Assembly (NCBI GenBank): GCA_964016885.1
Contig: OZ024740.1
Coordinates: forward strand, 33,418,001 to 33,482,000
Length of the DNA stretch: 64,000 nt
Source of the DNA: Eledone cirrhosa
Taxonomy: Eukaryota
Direction of reading: 5' to 3'
Shown here: positions 28,020 to 41,584 of the stretch, in pieces
Layout of the letters: each line of letters starts with the position of its first letter
How positions within the stretch are numbered: the stretch's first letter is position 1
Notes under the pieces: generated by a model
Told to the model about the DNA's origin: nothing
Databases searched by the model: none
What the model saw: the letters and a program-made list of their open reading frames with translations, nothing else
Program-made: the position numbers and the translations under genes

Positions 28020-28487
28020 GATACCCGTCCCACTACCCCCACCCCCTTCAATGTGAAGTTATGTTGGTACCACAACATCCAGTCCGAAACAAATGAGGTT
28101 GTGTAGGTGTCACGACAAAAAAACACAGTCCACGCTGTAATGTGGCCATGTAGGTAACACGGTAAAAACCTCCCAGTCCACACTGCAAACTTGGTTGGTG
28201 TTAGGAAGGGCATCCAGCCGTAGAAAACCCGCCAGACGTGTAGGTGTCACGACAAAAAAACAGTCCACGGTGTAATGTGGCCGTGTAGGTAACACGGTAA
28301 AAACCTCCCAGTCCACACTGTAAACGTGGTTGGTGTTAGGAAGGGCATCCAGCCATAGAAAACCCGCCAGACAGTCCTATACGAGCAGGACAACCAATCT
28401 TGCCTCAAGTGGGAAAACTCCCGTCCAAACCCATGCAAGCGTGGAAGATGGACGTTAAACAATGATGATGATGATGATGATGATGAT
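28020..28487 (+). mobile_element. 3' end of RTE LINE (or RTE-tailed non-autonomous element) with an internal ~137-bp tandem duplication and (GAT)n tail
   Basis: Matches the 3' UTR of the LINE at ~33510-33825; 28102-28237 is repeated at 28239-28371. Confidence 0.8.
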
Positions 28488-29016
28488 ATTGGCTCACAAC
28501 TTTTGGACTAGAAAGAAAATATCTAAGAATAGTGATAAATATCTTAGATTACTGAAATTCAGATGTTTTGGCTGGGATGACCAATGGCTAAGTAGTATGA
28601 AGATGGTGGAGGAGGAGGTAGAAAGAAAAAGAAGGGAAACAAAAACAAAAACAATGATGATATGATGATCAGGTCATAATTTTTGGGTGGAGAGAGTGTA
28701 GTTGATAAAATCAACTCCAGTATTTGAATGGTTGGTATTTTATTTTATTGACATTGAAATGTTGAATGGCAAAGTTTATACTGCAATGAGATTTCAAATC
28801 AGAATATAAATATTGTTGTAACAACATATTGATTTAAAGCTATAGATTTTCATTGTAATTTTTATTTATTCATAAAAAGAATATCAACATTTTCACTGAA
28901 CAAATAAATTTTTATTGTTTAAAAAAGAAATAAAAGTTCAAATAGTCTTAATTTTACATAAACCATTAGTGAAAATATATTGAATAGTTAGATATACATC
29001 CTTAGACAATATTATA

Positions 29017-29401
29017 ATCATCATCATCATCATCATTTAACATTCATTTTTCCCTGCTAGTAAGGTCTTCACAGACGAAGTCAGATGCAAGTGAGGCTAC
29101 TGACTCTCAGATGACACCTATGACAATAAAGGAGTTGGAGACCAATCGCTCTGATCGATTGACAAGATTCCAGACCTTGCCGAGTGAGGTGGACCTCATC
29201 AAATCGGACCAAGGAAACAATGTTTCCATTGGTCTTTCCATTGCTGATACTATCTACTGGTCGCAACTCCTGGACTCCAGGCAGAAGGAGCAATGTGAAA
29301 TAAAGTGTCTTGCTCAAGGACACAACGCATCACCCAGTCCAAGAATTGAACTCGCAACTTGGCGATTGCGAATCCAATTCTCTAACCACTAAGCCATGCG
29401 C
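29017..29401 (-). mobile_element. tRNA/CORE-type SINE variant with a different middle segment and (ATG)n tail
   Basis: Same head and CORE-like segment as 27558-27897 at ~29288-29400; CAT repeats at the left end. Confidence 0.7.
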
Positions 29402-29455
29402 CAATAACTTCTTAGAATTGTAAAATAATAAAATATAACAATATTAAAAACTGAC

Positions 29456-29683
29456 CTTTACTTCCTTGATGTCTAACATAGCATATGCATGAGTGGGAAC
29501 AAGACCAGCCCGTTCTGCTTCACTTTCACTAATATTACCAGTAGACATTGTTACTAGACAATCACCCCGGTGAAACCGTTCATAAATACGTTTAAATTGT
29601 TTATCTTTATCAAAAGGAGAAGTAGTAGATATAATAGATAAACGCTCTGGAATCCATCCTGTTAGTGCATTGAGATCAATATT
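29456..29683 (-). CDS. CAPN7: Calpain-7 coding exon 12 with catalytic His: NIDLNALTGWIPER...GLVPTHAYAMLDIKEVK
   Basis: LTGWIPE and PTHAYA motifs; CAG acceptor and GTCAGT donor; 228 nt, phase 0 to 0. Confidence 0.96.
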
Positions 29684-30186
29684 CTGTGTTGCAATGAAAA
29701 ATAAAAAAAATAAAAAAAAAAATAGAAGATTAATAATTTTTACAGAAACAAAGCAAAACCAACAGCAATGATAAGAAAATATTGTTTTTACAAAACCCCC
29801 AAAATATTTACATCATTGTGATGTAAACTGAGTGCTCTTTAATTGGTATTTAAAGTGCAGGCATATATAAATAGCAGTAAGAATGTTTAGCTCATGATCA
29901 TAAAGTTCCATTTATGGTGATGAGTTCTGTTGTTGAGCAAGGGCATTTTATTTCATGTCACTCCAGTTAATTTAGCTGCCAAAAATGACTTGTACTTGTG
30001 CTGAATGTTGATTTTTCTTTGAAAAATAATATACATGTTGGTGTATATATCTATAATATACATGTTGGTGTATATATCTATAATATACATGTTGGTATAT
30101 ATATATATCTATAATATACATGTTGGTGTATATATCTATAATATACATGTTGGTATATATATATATCTATAATATACATATTGGTG

Positions 30187-30222
<36 letters not shown>

Positions 30223-30408
30223 TATAGCGAGGGAAAAGTGGTAAGGAACCAGGTGGACCATAACGCACCAAAGTACTCAATACTTAGGGTAGTAGAGTGG
30301 GTAATAGGAGTAATATATAATATACATGTTGGTGTATACATCTATAATATACATGTTGGTTTATATATCTATAATATACATGTTGGTATATATATATATA
30401 TATATATA

Positions 30409-30757
30409 CATTATCATCATCATCATTTCATTTTACGTCCGCTTTTTCCCCACTTGCAAGGGTGGGACAGGAACTGATTTTGGCTTGATTTCTACAGCTG
30501 GATGCCCTTCCTAACACCAACCTCTTTTACAGTGAGTGCTGGGTGCTTTTTTGCCATGGCACCTCCACGACCACTTTGCAGTGGAATGATATGGACCCCA
30601 GTCCCTATCATCTCATTTCTACAGCTGAGTAAACTGGAGCAATGTGAAATAAAGTGTCTTGCTCAAGGAAACAACACATCACCCAGTCTGAGAATTGAAC
30701 TCACAACCTTTCGATTGCAAAGCCAATGCTCTAACCACTAAGCCATGTGCCTCCATG
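30409..30757 (-). mobile_element. tRNA/CORE-type SINE with RTE-like tail inserted in the 27-bp minisatellite
   Basis: Near-identical to 27558-27897; minisatellite units flank both sides. Confidence 0.85.
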
Positions 30758-30864
30758 TTGGTGTATATATCTATAATATACATATTGGTGTATATATATC
30801 TATAATATATCTATATATATATCTATAATATACATGTTGGTGTATATATCTATAATATACATCT

Positions 30865-33825
30865 AAACGGTCACGTTGGACAACATAGTGATGGCTATGA
30901 TGGAATCCATGGAGGCTATGGGATTGGAAATAGAAATGAGGAGAGCTTCAGAATCCTGGAATTCTGTGACGCAAATAGCCTAACTATCTGTAACACAAAC
31001 TTCAAAAAACGTGATAACCCCTTGATCACCTATAGATCAGGGGAACACGCCAGCCAGATAGATTATATCCTTACTAGAAGACAGGACAAAGTGTCTGTTG
31101 TAAACACTAAATCCCTCCCCCCGTGAACAATGCACCTCCCAACATAGCCTAGTAGTTAGTGACCTCATAGTCAGGAATATATGTACTCGACGACAGAAGA
31201 GGCCTACCTTGAGGAGAAGAATATGGAAGTTGAAGGACCCCATGGCCAGTGACAAATTTAAAAGCTTAATACTTGATGCCTTTAACAATAAGGAAGAGCA
31301 ATAAAAGACGTGCGATATAGAGGAACAGTGGCAATTCTTGAAAGTGAACCTGCTGAAAGCAACGGATGAAGTCTGTGGCTGGAGCAGACCTATTGGCAGG
31401 AGGAGAGTAACTTGGTGGTGGAACAGTAAGGTGGAAGAGACAATCAAGGCCAAAAAGCAGGCTTAGAAAGTATGGCAGGATGGGGGAAGTAGAAAGCACT
31501 ATCAAGTGGTCAGGAGAGAAGCTAGGAGACAAGTGTACCTTGCAAAAAGGGTTAGCAGAGGATAGAAAGTTCAAGCATGTTCTACAATGTGAGGACCAAA
31601 AACGTGAAGTGTTCAGGATTGCTAGACAATGTGTCAAGGAAAACCGTGATATTGTCGGGGAGAAGTGTGTCAGTAATGATAACGGTGTACTTGCTCTCAC
31701 TGATGCTGATAAGTAGATAGCCTGAAAGTGTCATTATGAGAGACTATTAAATGAAGAGAATAAATGGGAAAAAGAGTCTGCCCCAAATCGACCCAATAGA
31801 AGGACCAGTGGTGCAAGTTAAAGGTAGTATAATAAGTAAGGCAATCAAAGATATGAAGACAGGCAAGGCAGCTGGGCCTTCGGAGATAGTTGCTGAGATG
31901 TTGAAGGCATCTGGTATGGTGGGACACACGACTGTTACCCGTATAGTTAACCAAGTCATACAGAATGGGGTCATACCGAAAGACTGGCGTAGCAGCATCA
32001 TCATTAACTGCTACAAGGGTAAAGGGGATGCTCTAGATAGGGGAAACTATAGAGGCATTAAGTTAGTTGACCAGGTCATGAAGGTCACAGAAAGAGTTAT
32101 AGCGCAACTAATGAGAGAGCGAATTGATCTAGATGAAATGCAGTTTGGGTTTTGTCAGGTAAAAGTACCACAGATGCTCTTTTCCTTGTACGACAACTAC
32201 AAGAGAAGTACCTTGCTAAAAGTAAACCCCTATACTTAGCTTTTGTAGACCTGGAAAAAGCCTTTGACAGAGTCCCCCGCTCCACTATCTGGTGGGCTCT
32301 TAGAAAACTAGGTGTAGATGAATGGCTTGTGAGAGCTATACAAGCTATGTATAAAGAAACAGTCAGTAAGTTTAGAATTAACAATGAATATTGTGAAGAA
32401 TTTAGTGTAAAAGTTGGCATTCATCAAGGCTCTGTCCTTAGCCCCCTCCTATTTATTATTGCCCTTCAGGCTATAACAGAGGAGTTCAAGACCGGCTGCC
32501 CATGGGAACTCCTATACACAAATGATCTAATGCTCATAGTTGAATCAATGGCTGAACTAGAGAAGAAATTCCAAACATGGAAGCATGGCCTAGAATCAAA
32601 AGGCCTTAAAGTTAACTTGTCTAAGACTAAAGTTCTAGTTTGTAGAAAGGAAAATAGGGCACAGGTGCCCTCAGGAAAGTGGCCATGCTCAGTGTGTAGG
32701 AGTAGGCAGAAATTCCATTTTATGTCCCAAATGCAAAGTATGGGTGCATAAAAGATGTAGTGGGATCACAGGTAAACTATCTAAGAACGTAGACTTTATA
32801 TGTGGCCGATGCTCAGGTGCAATAAGTAGCAACTGTCCACGGGATACTAACTCCTTCTATTGCCCAGATGGTTCTATAGAAATAGTAGACACTTTCCGTT
32901 ACCTGGGTGACGAAATCAGCAGTGGAGGAGGGTGTTCTGAAAGTACAGTAGCCAGAGTCAGAACAGGATGGAAAAAGTTCAGAGAGCTTATACTGCTGTT
33001 GACCACAAAAGGTTTCTCTCTAAAAATGAAAGGCAGATTGCATGATGCTTGTATATGAACAGCAATGCTACATGGCAGTGAGACATTGGCATTACGTGCA
33101 GAGGACCTGCGCAGACTGGAAAGGAACGAAGCATGCATGCTCCGTTGGATGTGTAATAGTAATATACGTGAACAGCAAAGCATAAATGAACTAATTGAGA
33201 AATTAGGAATAAGAGGTATCAGATGCTGTTTACTTGAGAGAAGACTACGTTGGTATGGCCACATGATGCGTATGAAAGACGACAGCTGTATAAAAAAGTG
33301 CAGGGCGATCAAAATTGATGGTAGTTACGGAGTAGATAGACCCAGAAAAACCTGGGACGATCTATTAAATTCTGACCTTACACACTTGCACCTCTCTAAG
33401 ACAATGTCACTGGACCGAGATCTTTGGTGCTACGCAGTAATACAGAAGACCCGCCTTGACTATGTACAAAGCGAAACCTACAGTCAGTAGGCACCTCTTA
33501 ACCAAATATACACCCCCATCCACTACCCCTACCCTATCCTCCCACTCCCACCAACACCACCCTCTCTCTGTAAAGTTGGTACCACAACATCCAGTCCAAA
33601 TAAATGAGATAATGAGATTGAGATTGTGTAGGTGTCACGACAAAAACACACAGTCCACGCTGTAATGTGGCCATGTAGGTAACACGGTAAAAAGCTCCCT
33701 GTCCACACCATAAATGAGCGAGACACGGTCACCCGACCAACCTTGACTCAAATTGGGACAACTCTCGTCTAACCTATGCTAGTGTGGAAAATGGATGTTA
33801 AACGATGATGATGATGATGATGATG
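30865..33825 (+). mobile_element. 5'-truncated, frameshifted RTE-clade LINE (end of APE endonuclease, RT, Cys-rich insert, C-terminus, 3' UTR, (GAT)n tail)
   Basis: Motifs QIDYIL, KGKGDALDRGNYRGIKL, AFVDLEKAFDRVPR, GIHQGSVLSPLLF, LLYTND (decayed YADD), FRYLG and RRLRWYGH. ATACATCT flanks both ends (30857-30864 and 33826-33833). Confidence 0.93.
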
Positions 33826-35500
33826 ATACATCTTGGTGTGTATATATATCTATAATATTCATGTTGGTGTATATATCTATAATATACATGTTGGTGTATA
33901 TATCTATAATATACATGTTGGTGTGTATATATATCTATAATATACATGTTGGTGTATATATCTATAATATACATGTTGTTATATATATATATATAATATA
34001 CATGTTGGTGTATATATCTATAATATACATGTTGGTGTATATATCTATAATATATATGTTGGTGTATATATCTATAATATATATGTTGGTGTATATATCT
34101 ATAATATACATGTTGTTATATATATATCTATAATATACATGTTGTTATATATATATATATATAATATACATGTTGGTGTATATATCTATAATATACATGT
34201 TGGTGTATATATCTATAATATATATGTTGGTGTATATATCTATAATATATATGTTGGTGTATATATCTATAATATATATGTTGGTGTATATATCTATAAT
34301 ATATATGTTGGTGTATATATCTATAATATATATGTTGTTATATATATATCTATAATATACATGTTGGTGTATATATCTATAATATACATGTTCGTGTATA
34401 TATCTATAATATATATGTTGGTGTATATATATATAATATATATGTTGGTGTATATATCTATAATATATATGTTGGTGTATATATCTATAATATATATGTT
34501 GTTATATATATATCTATAATATACATGTTGGTGTATATATCTATAATATACATGTTGGTGTATATATCTATAATATATATGTTGTTATATATATATCTAT
34601 AATATACATGTTGGTGTATATATCTATAATATATATGTTGGTGTATATATCTATAATATTCATGTTGGTGTATATATCTATAATATACATGTTCGTGTAT
34701 ATATCTATAATATATATGTTGGTGTATATATCTATAATATATATGTTGGTGTATATATCTATAATATACATGTTGTTATATATATATCTATAATATACAT
34801 GTTGTTATATATATATATATATATAATATACATGTTGGTGTATATATCTATAATATACATGTTGGTGTATATATCTATAATATATATGTTGGTGTATATA
34901 TCTATAATATATATGTTGGTGTATATATCTATAATATATATGTTGGTGTATATATCTATAATATATATGTTGGTGTATATATCTATAATATATATGTTGT
35001 TATATATATATCTATAATATACATGTTGGTGTATATATCTATAATATACATGTTCGTGTATATATCTATAATATATATGTTGGTGTATATATCTATAATA
35101 TATATGTTGGTGTATATATCTATAATATATATGTTGGTGTATATATCTATAATATATATGTTGTTATATATATATCTATAATATACATGTTGGTGTATAT
35201 ATCTATAATATACATGTTGGTGTATATATCTATAATATATATGTTGTTATATATATATCTATAATATACATGTTGGTGTATATATCTATAATATATATGT
35301 TGGTGTATATATCTATAATATTCATGTTGGTGTATATATCTATAATATACATGTTCATGTATATATCTATAATATATATGTTGGTGTATATATCTATAAT
35401 ATACATACTTGTGTGCAAACACAAGTATGTATAACAGTAAAAACACAGTATACAAAACAATAGCATTGAAAGAAACTGCACAAAGTTGAATAAAATTTAC

Positions 35501-35647
35501 CGAATTTGATCCTGGAAAGTCATAGCCACCCATCACTTTCATGTATGCTTTCTCCAAAAGCGATACCCATAGTTCACTTCGATTATTAGAAAATGAACAA
35601 AGCAGTTCAGAATTACGGCCAAGGGGTAAATAGTCATCTATAATGAC
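35501..35647 (-). CDS. CAPN7: Calpain-7 coding exon 11: [49 protein letters not shown]
   Basis: IDD.LP and [17 protein letters not shown] calpain-7 motifs; CAG acceptor and GTAAAT donor; 147 nt. Confidence 0.97.
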
Positions 35648-36329
35648 CTGCAAAACATAACTGCAAAAATTAGTAATTTTTACTCATTTGGTAACTCTTA
35701 ACATCCTGTAATGATTCAGCAGAAAATATTTAAAAACAGGTTTGTTAATTCAATTGTTTATAGTATCTTTACTTGTTGATAGATTGCTGTAAAAAGTTGC
35801 ATGATTGAAGTAAAGATTAACATTTTTTTAATGTGATGCAGTTACAGTGCTGTTTTGTACTTTCCAAAAAATGTCTTCTTGATGTGGTTTCGTGTGGTAC
35901 AGGACATTAAGAGTTAAGAAAATTTTAAAACCAATTTCTGAAATTGAACAGTAAGATATAGTTAAAGTGAAAAAGTAAAGAAAGAAAATGTGAACATTAA
36001 TCTTAAATAATGGTTTTATGTTGAAGGTCATATTAAACAGAATGGCTTTTATTATAAGTTTAGCTCAGAGATATCTCCTTCAAGAGAATAACGAACATAA
36101 AACTGATATCGCACCAATTAGCTGGCTTAAATGCTCTGTGAGGCAGCAACTACTCATATTAGAACATTTATTGAGAAAATAGTTATGATAAGGTTGTTGT
36201 CTAGAGCTGTCAGTCATAATCAAACATAGCTAAGATGAAAGGGATCCCAGCCATGACCACCTTGTATTTCTATGTCTTGTCCAACCAATGCCAAGATAGA
36301 AAAACAGATGTTAAATGATGATGATGTCC

Positions 36330-36940
36330 TTTCTATACTTAAGAACTAGTCATCCACATAATCAATCAGATGGTACATGATGAGGTTGTACATAATGACT
36401 GGCATAGTAGTATAATCATTAATTGTTACAAGGAAAAAAGTGATATTTTAGGAAGGAGCAACTACAGAGACAAAACTGATGGATCAAGTGATGAAAGTGA
36501 CAGAAAGAGTTCTAGCACAACTAATTATGGAAACAGTCAAATTAGAGGAGATGCAGTTTGGTTTTGTGCCAGAGAGGAGCACTACAGATGCCCTCTTCTT
36601 AGTGAGACAACTACAAGTTCCTTGCTAAGTGTAAGCCTCTATTAGCTTTTGTTGATCAGGGGAAGGCTTTTCACAAAGTACCCTGATTTGTCATCTGGTA
36701 GTCCTTAAAGAAACTAGTTCTAAAAGAATGGCTTGTGAGAGCAGTGCAAGCCATGTAGAGAGGAGCTGTCATTAAGGTATGAGTAGATAATAAATTTAGT
36801 GAGGAATTCAAAGTATAAGTAGGTGTTCACCAGAGCTCAGACCTCAACCCATTTCCGTTCATAATAGTTCCTAAGGCCATAACTGACTAGTTCAAGACTA
36901 GCTATCCATAAGAAGTTCTTTATATCAATGACCTGGTTCA
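36330..36940 (+). mobile_element. Decayed RTE LINE RT fragment
   Basis: Colinear with ~31940-32540 (DWHSSIIINCYKEK, MQFGF, ELFKT-like segments). Confidence 0.8.
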
Positions 36941-37405
36941 GAACTTAAATCTGTCTGGTCTTAGACTGTAACATCCCATCCAACCCTCATCAGTATCAAA
37001 AGAGGATGAAAATGATGATGATGATGAGGAGGATGAAGATTATTATTATTACTATTTAGTCAATTTTGTTTTATCAATAATCTTTTTTATTCTTTCAAGT
37101 GTGTACTTCTAAAAGAATTCTGCTTAATAACTATTATTCTATTTTCAGCTTCTAACTCAACTTCCCTTTGAAACTAAATCTACCATGTGTGACTGATCCA
37201 TAACAACCCAGGAATGGGAACTACTAAACTATTGACCAAAATTCACTGTAGGTCAACGCTACACCAAGAAACAGGAACTTGACATAGAGGCCAACTTCTG
37301 TAGAACGTCATAGCAGTTGAAGTGGATGACAGCTCTTACATTCATTCCTGTCACTACCACAGCTGCTGTCACCACTATTACAGTCACCACGACCATTGCC
37401 AACAT

Positions 37406-37439
<34 letters not shown>

Positions 37440-37559
37440 TCTGCTTTCACCAGTACCTCTGTCAATACTAAACTTAGCTCTTACGCCATATTCCACTGAC
37501 AACCCACTCCAACCTCCTCCCACCAACCAAAAGCTTAAAGCTAAACTAACTAGACATAA

Positions 37560-38645
37560 ACACCCTATCTCCAAAATTGTATAGAAGCACTCTTACCCCT
37601 CCTGCAATCTTTCCAGGTCCCAGTTGACTACCCTAAGAAACTTGCATTCGAAATATTTAATATATCTTCCATAAGATAAGGGGAGAGGATTCTGCATGAC
37701 TGACCAGAATACTTACACACAGCTGGCACTAGAACAACTCAACAACGCCACTCTATACAGAAAGGTTAACAACATCACACCTAGCCTGCTAGAATTCACC
37801 ATTTACACCAGCTGAGCTAATATTTGTGGCTGCAGAAGTCTCCCCAAAAGAATTTAACACATCTTCACCACCAAAAACAGTAAGCACTCCATCTTCTACC
37901 ATCTTATTAAAACATAAAACAAGACCGAATTTAAAAATTAGATCTTTTGCTTCCAGTATAGATGGTCCTTTCTCTAAAATCTCCTGCCTTCTCTTTAGAC
38001 TTCTCAAACCACTTCTTCATGCCTTCCTCGGATACGTAGACAGCTCCTACAAAGTAATCAACAGACTAAAATACCTTAGCCGCATCACACTTAGACAGAA
38101 TAGATATCCTTTTAGCTTAAACATAGTTTCCTTCTACACCTGTCCACTCCCCACTCCCAACCATCAATAACTTAATAACTGACTATATTTTCACCTCTAC
38201 TGATCTCAATTGTTTCAGCATCACTGCTGCTGACATCCATGAGTTGCTCTCTGTCATCATGTATAACACTTTCCAGTTCCAGGACTCTACCAACAAACAG
38301 GTTTTGGGACTGCTGATGTGGTCAAGTTTCTCAGGCCTGCTAACTATCACATACATGGACCAGTTGGAGTATACAGCGCTTGCCATCTGCTGTATTTGCT
38401 CCTTCTTCTCCAGATACGTGGATGATATCACGATGCTTACTTCGTTGTGTGAAGAAGCCACCAAAATATGATGTCTTCAAAAGCATGGACACACATAAAC
38501 TTTAAAGTTGAGCACCCGGATATCACTAGATCCCTCTCTCTCCTCAACTTTACACAAAGAATCACAGAAAACAGATCCATATACACCAAATTTACAGAAA
38601 GGATGCCTATAGGGAGCTATTTGTACACCAGGATTCTGCCATTTC
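37560..38645 (+). mobile_element. Decayed Penelope-like element reverse transcriptase
   Basis: K.HK.RPNLKIRSFASSIDGP, FSLNIVSFYT, FQFQDSTNKQVLGLLM.S..SGLL..YM..LE and RYVDDI motifs occur in PLE RT order, with stops and frameshifts. Confidence 0.75.
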
Positions 38646-38703
38646 CCACAGAATGTGCATTAATTTATAACAAAACATTATTAGAAATATAGAAATATAC
38701 TAC

Positions 38704-38797
38704 CTTCCTTGGTACCCCATTCAGATGTAATTTGATCATGTATTTACCACACGGATTATATATAGGTTCCCCTTGTTTATTCTGAGGGTAAATAATA
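38704..38797 (-). CDS. CAPN7: Calpain-7 coding exon 10: [31 protein letters not shown]
   Basis: Near identity to the calpain-7 motif; CAG acceptor and GTAGTA donor; 94 nt, phase 2 to 0. Confidence 0.96.
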
Positions 38798-38989
38798 CTG
38801 TAAAAAAAATATATACAAATACAAAAAAAACAACAACAATATTTAAAAATATATTTCTTTATATAAACTTAAAAGTCATAAAGACTTTTGCGTGTTTATG
38901 TGCTTATAATACAATATTTTCAATAGAAATTCTTTTTAGAATATTTCCTTCAAAGACAAATTGGCAAAGTTGTAAAACTGTATCCTTGT

Positions 38990-39277
38990 CATATTATCCA
39001 GATTAATCTACCCCACTAAAGTTATCCACACCAAGCTACTTTCTAAAGTAATTCAGAAACCAAGTTACTCCTGAAAGTAATCCAGAGACCTGTCTACTTC
39101 CTTAAATAATCCAGAGACCTGTCTACCCCTAAAGTAATCCAGAGACACAATCTACCCCCTAAAGTAAATCCAGAAGCCAATCTAGCCCCTAAAGTTATTC
39201 AGACCAAGTTACCCTCCATAGTTATCCAGATCAATCTACCTCTAACGTTATCCAGATCAATCTACCCGCTAAAGTAA
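38990..39277. repeat. Degenerate ~25-30 bp tandem repeat (CTACCCCTAAAGTAATCCAGA...)
   Basis: About ten imperfect copies are visible. Confidence 0.75.
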
Positions 39278-40085
39278 TGAGCTTGTTGATGTTACTTCAG
39301 TAATCAGTAGAGTGTAGGGGTTATAGCTGAGGAGGATTCTAGAAATAAGATCCTGATAGAGTTACTGATTAAAGAACTAACAACAGAAACTAAGCCTCAG
39401 GACATGTAACCATTAAGTCCATTGAGAGAATATACTAGAACAATACCAAACTACCTCTACTTGAAGAATTAATAAAATTTAGTAAACAACTGAAGTAGGC
39501 CTATAATTCAGCAATGAAACTTTATGTATTGATAATTCCAAATATATAACTGAAAATAAATATTCTTACACTAATATTGAAAATGTAAAAGATGTTAAAT
39601 AAACACCTTCGGGTGGTTTTCTGCTAGCATGTATAGTGTGTATATTGATATTATATGCAAGTAGATATGATACATCAAATAAAATCGTAATTGGCAATAT
39701 ACACAGAAATTGAACAAAGACTGCGTTACACTGTCTTCTGTAATCAGTAACATAATCCATGATACATTAAAAAAGACAATATTATATATAAACTGCATTA
39801 GGAGAAAATTAGTGACGGAAATATATGAATGTTTATTTAAGCGATCGCTAACCGGAAGTGTTGACATTTGAAAATTGTAAAGAAGTGAATCTTAAAATAA
39901 GCAACAAAATTATTTATATTTAATCAAGAATAACGAAATTTAGTAGATAAATTATGTAATATTCATTCATTATTTATTCAAAGTAATCCAACTTATTTTA
40001 CAAACGGGATAAAAAAATATATTCTGGACACAGTCCCGCACTCCTTACTTTATTATAGTTTAGATATTTCTAATTTGCTACATAC

Positions 40086-40171
40086 CTTGTTATCAGTTTC
40101 TTTTTAAAGCGTCTTTCATATTGTGCAGCAATAGCAAGGGATGCAACAAAACTGCAGTCAGACACAATAGT
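40086..40171 (-). CDS. CAPN7: Calpain-7 coding exon 9 with catalytic Cys: [28 protein letters not shown]
   Basis: Q-TIVSDCSF active-site motif typical of calpain-7/PalB; TAG acceptor and GTATGT donor; 86 nt. Confidence 0.97.
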
Positions 40172-40840
40172 CTACAAAATAATGGGAAAATATAATATCA
40201 AGTTAAACACTAAACTAAACCAAGTGACATTTTATTAATCAGAAATAATATCAAAGGCCGATTTCCTCGACGACATATTGAGAAGGAAAGTGGATACAGT
40301 TGGCTTCACATCACAACTGGAGCCAACAGGCCTTGACCGCAAAGACGGCAAATGTTTACAATGTTTAACTAATTAAATTCATTTATAGCATTATATGACT
40401 GTCTCTCCCCATCGTCAAATCTGCACTTGAGGGTGACTGCCACCCACCACCCCACCTTCCTTGTTATACACTCTAGAAAATGGTTAGTGTCAAGAAGAAC
40501 ATCCAACTATAGAAACCAAGCATCTAGGAGGGCAGTAACTCCAAATAAAAACTAACTTAAACTGTAATAACCTGTTCAACCCATGCTAGCATAGAAAACT
40601 GACATAAGATGATGATATGATGGCTGCAACCATACTGGGTGGTCACCTTCAAGTGTTTTCCTCAATTATATTGACCCCAGTACATACTTAGTCTGAAATT
40701 CATTTTATTATTATCTATTTATTGACTGGTTAAATTCCCCTGTAAACACGATAAGGTATTTACACTAATTTACACACACAAACACAGACATATGTACAGA
40801 CATAATACACACACACATGCAAACATATGCAGACACAGAA

Positions 40841-40871
<31 letters not shown>

Positions 40872-41584
40872 GTATTTACGTATCGAGAAAGAGAGAAAAA
40901 AAGGAGGGATAGGTGATACATATAGTTATTTGCCAAGTAGCGTATGCCAAAGGTGCTCGAAGCCAACCAAATCACACACATTAGCACTATTGTAAGAACT
41001 GCTGAAGAACTATTGAAGAATTAGATCTATCCGATTGCCACTGATAATGGCGAACCTATATCAGCATCATCATCATCACCATTTAACGTCTATTTCCCAA
41101 ATTTGCATAGGTTAGATAGATAGTCACGTTATGAGGCCAGACATATCAGGTGATCACATCTTGCTCAGACCAATTTTTGGCTAGGTTTTTTTATGGCTGG
41201 ATGTTCAAACTAACGCCAACTACCTTACCAGGTAGGCCGGGTGTTTTTTGTTGTAGCACTAGTATGACCACCTTGAAATCTAAAACCTTAACAAGGGGTG
41301 GTCTTAATACCTATATCAAAATGGATAAAGAATATCTCTGAACCAGGATATGATTCAGCAGCTATCATATCTTGATGTTTGTTAATGTCCTGTAACTTAG
41401 TAGTTCAACAAATAAATTGATGGAATAAATACAAGACTTTAAAAAAAAAGTACTGGGGATGGGTGTGGTGGCAAATCAACTAAACCCATGGAGACAGTGC
41501 CCCAGTATGGCCACAATCAAAAGTGTACATAAATATTTATCATTCTAACAACAGAAATATAAGAAATGGTTTGAAAGATCTAAC

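Larger units (their letters stand above)
30027..35410. repeat. 27-bp AT-rich minisatellite (ATACATGTTGGTGTATATATCTATAAT), interrupted by three insertions; main uninterrupted block 33826-35410
   Basis: Direct tandem periodicity; it produces the spurious 9-aa MLVYISIIY repeat ORFs. Confidence 0.97.

Noticed and set aside
30865-33825. Active or domesticated reverse transcriptase
   Set aside because: 5' truncated, with multiple stops and frameshifts, and the catalytic YADD is altered to YTND.
33795-35481. MLVYISIIY / MYIIDIYTN repeat ORFs and the long tail of ORF 35147-35653
   Set aside because: These are translations of the 27-bp minisatellite; only 35501-35647 is a real exon.
37259-37584. Thr-, Val-, Leu- or Ser-rich ORFs resembling mucin or signal peptides
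   Set aside because: Produced by an (ACT)n/(ACC)n low-complexity tract next to the Penelope-like remnant.
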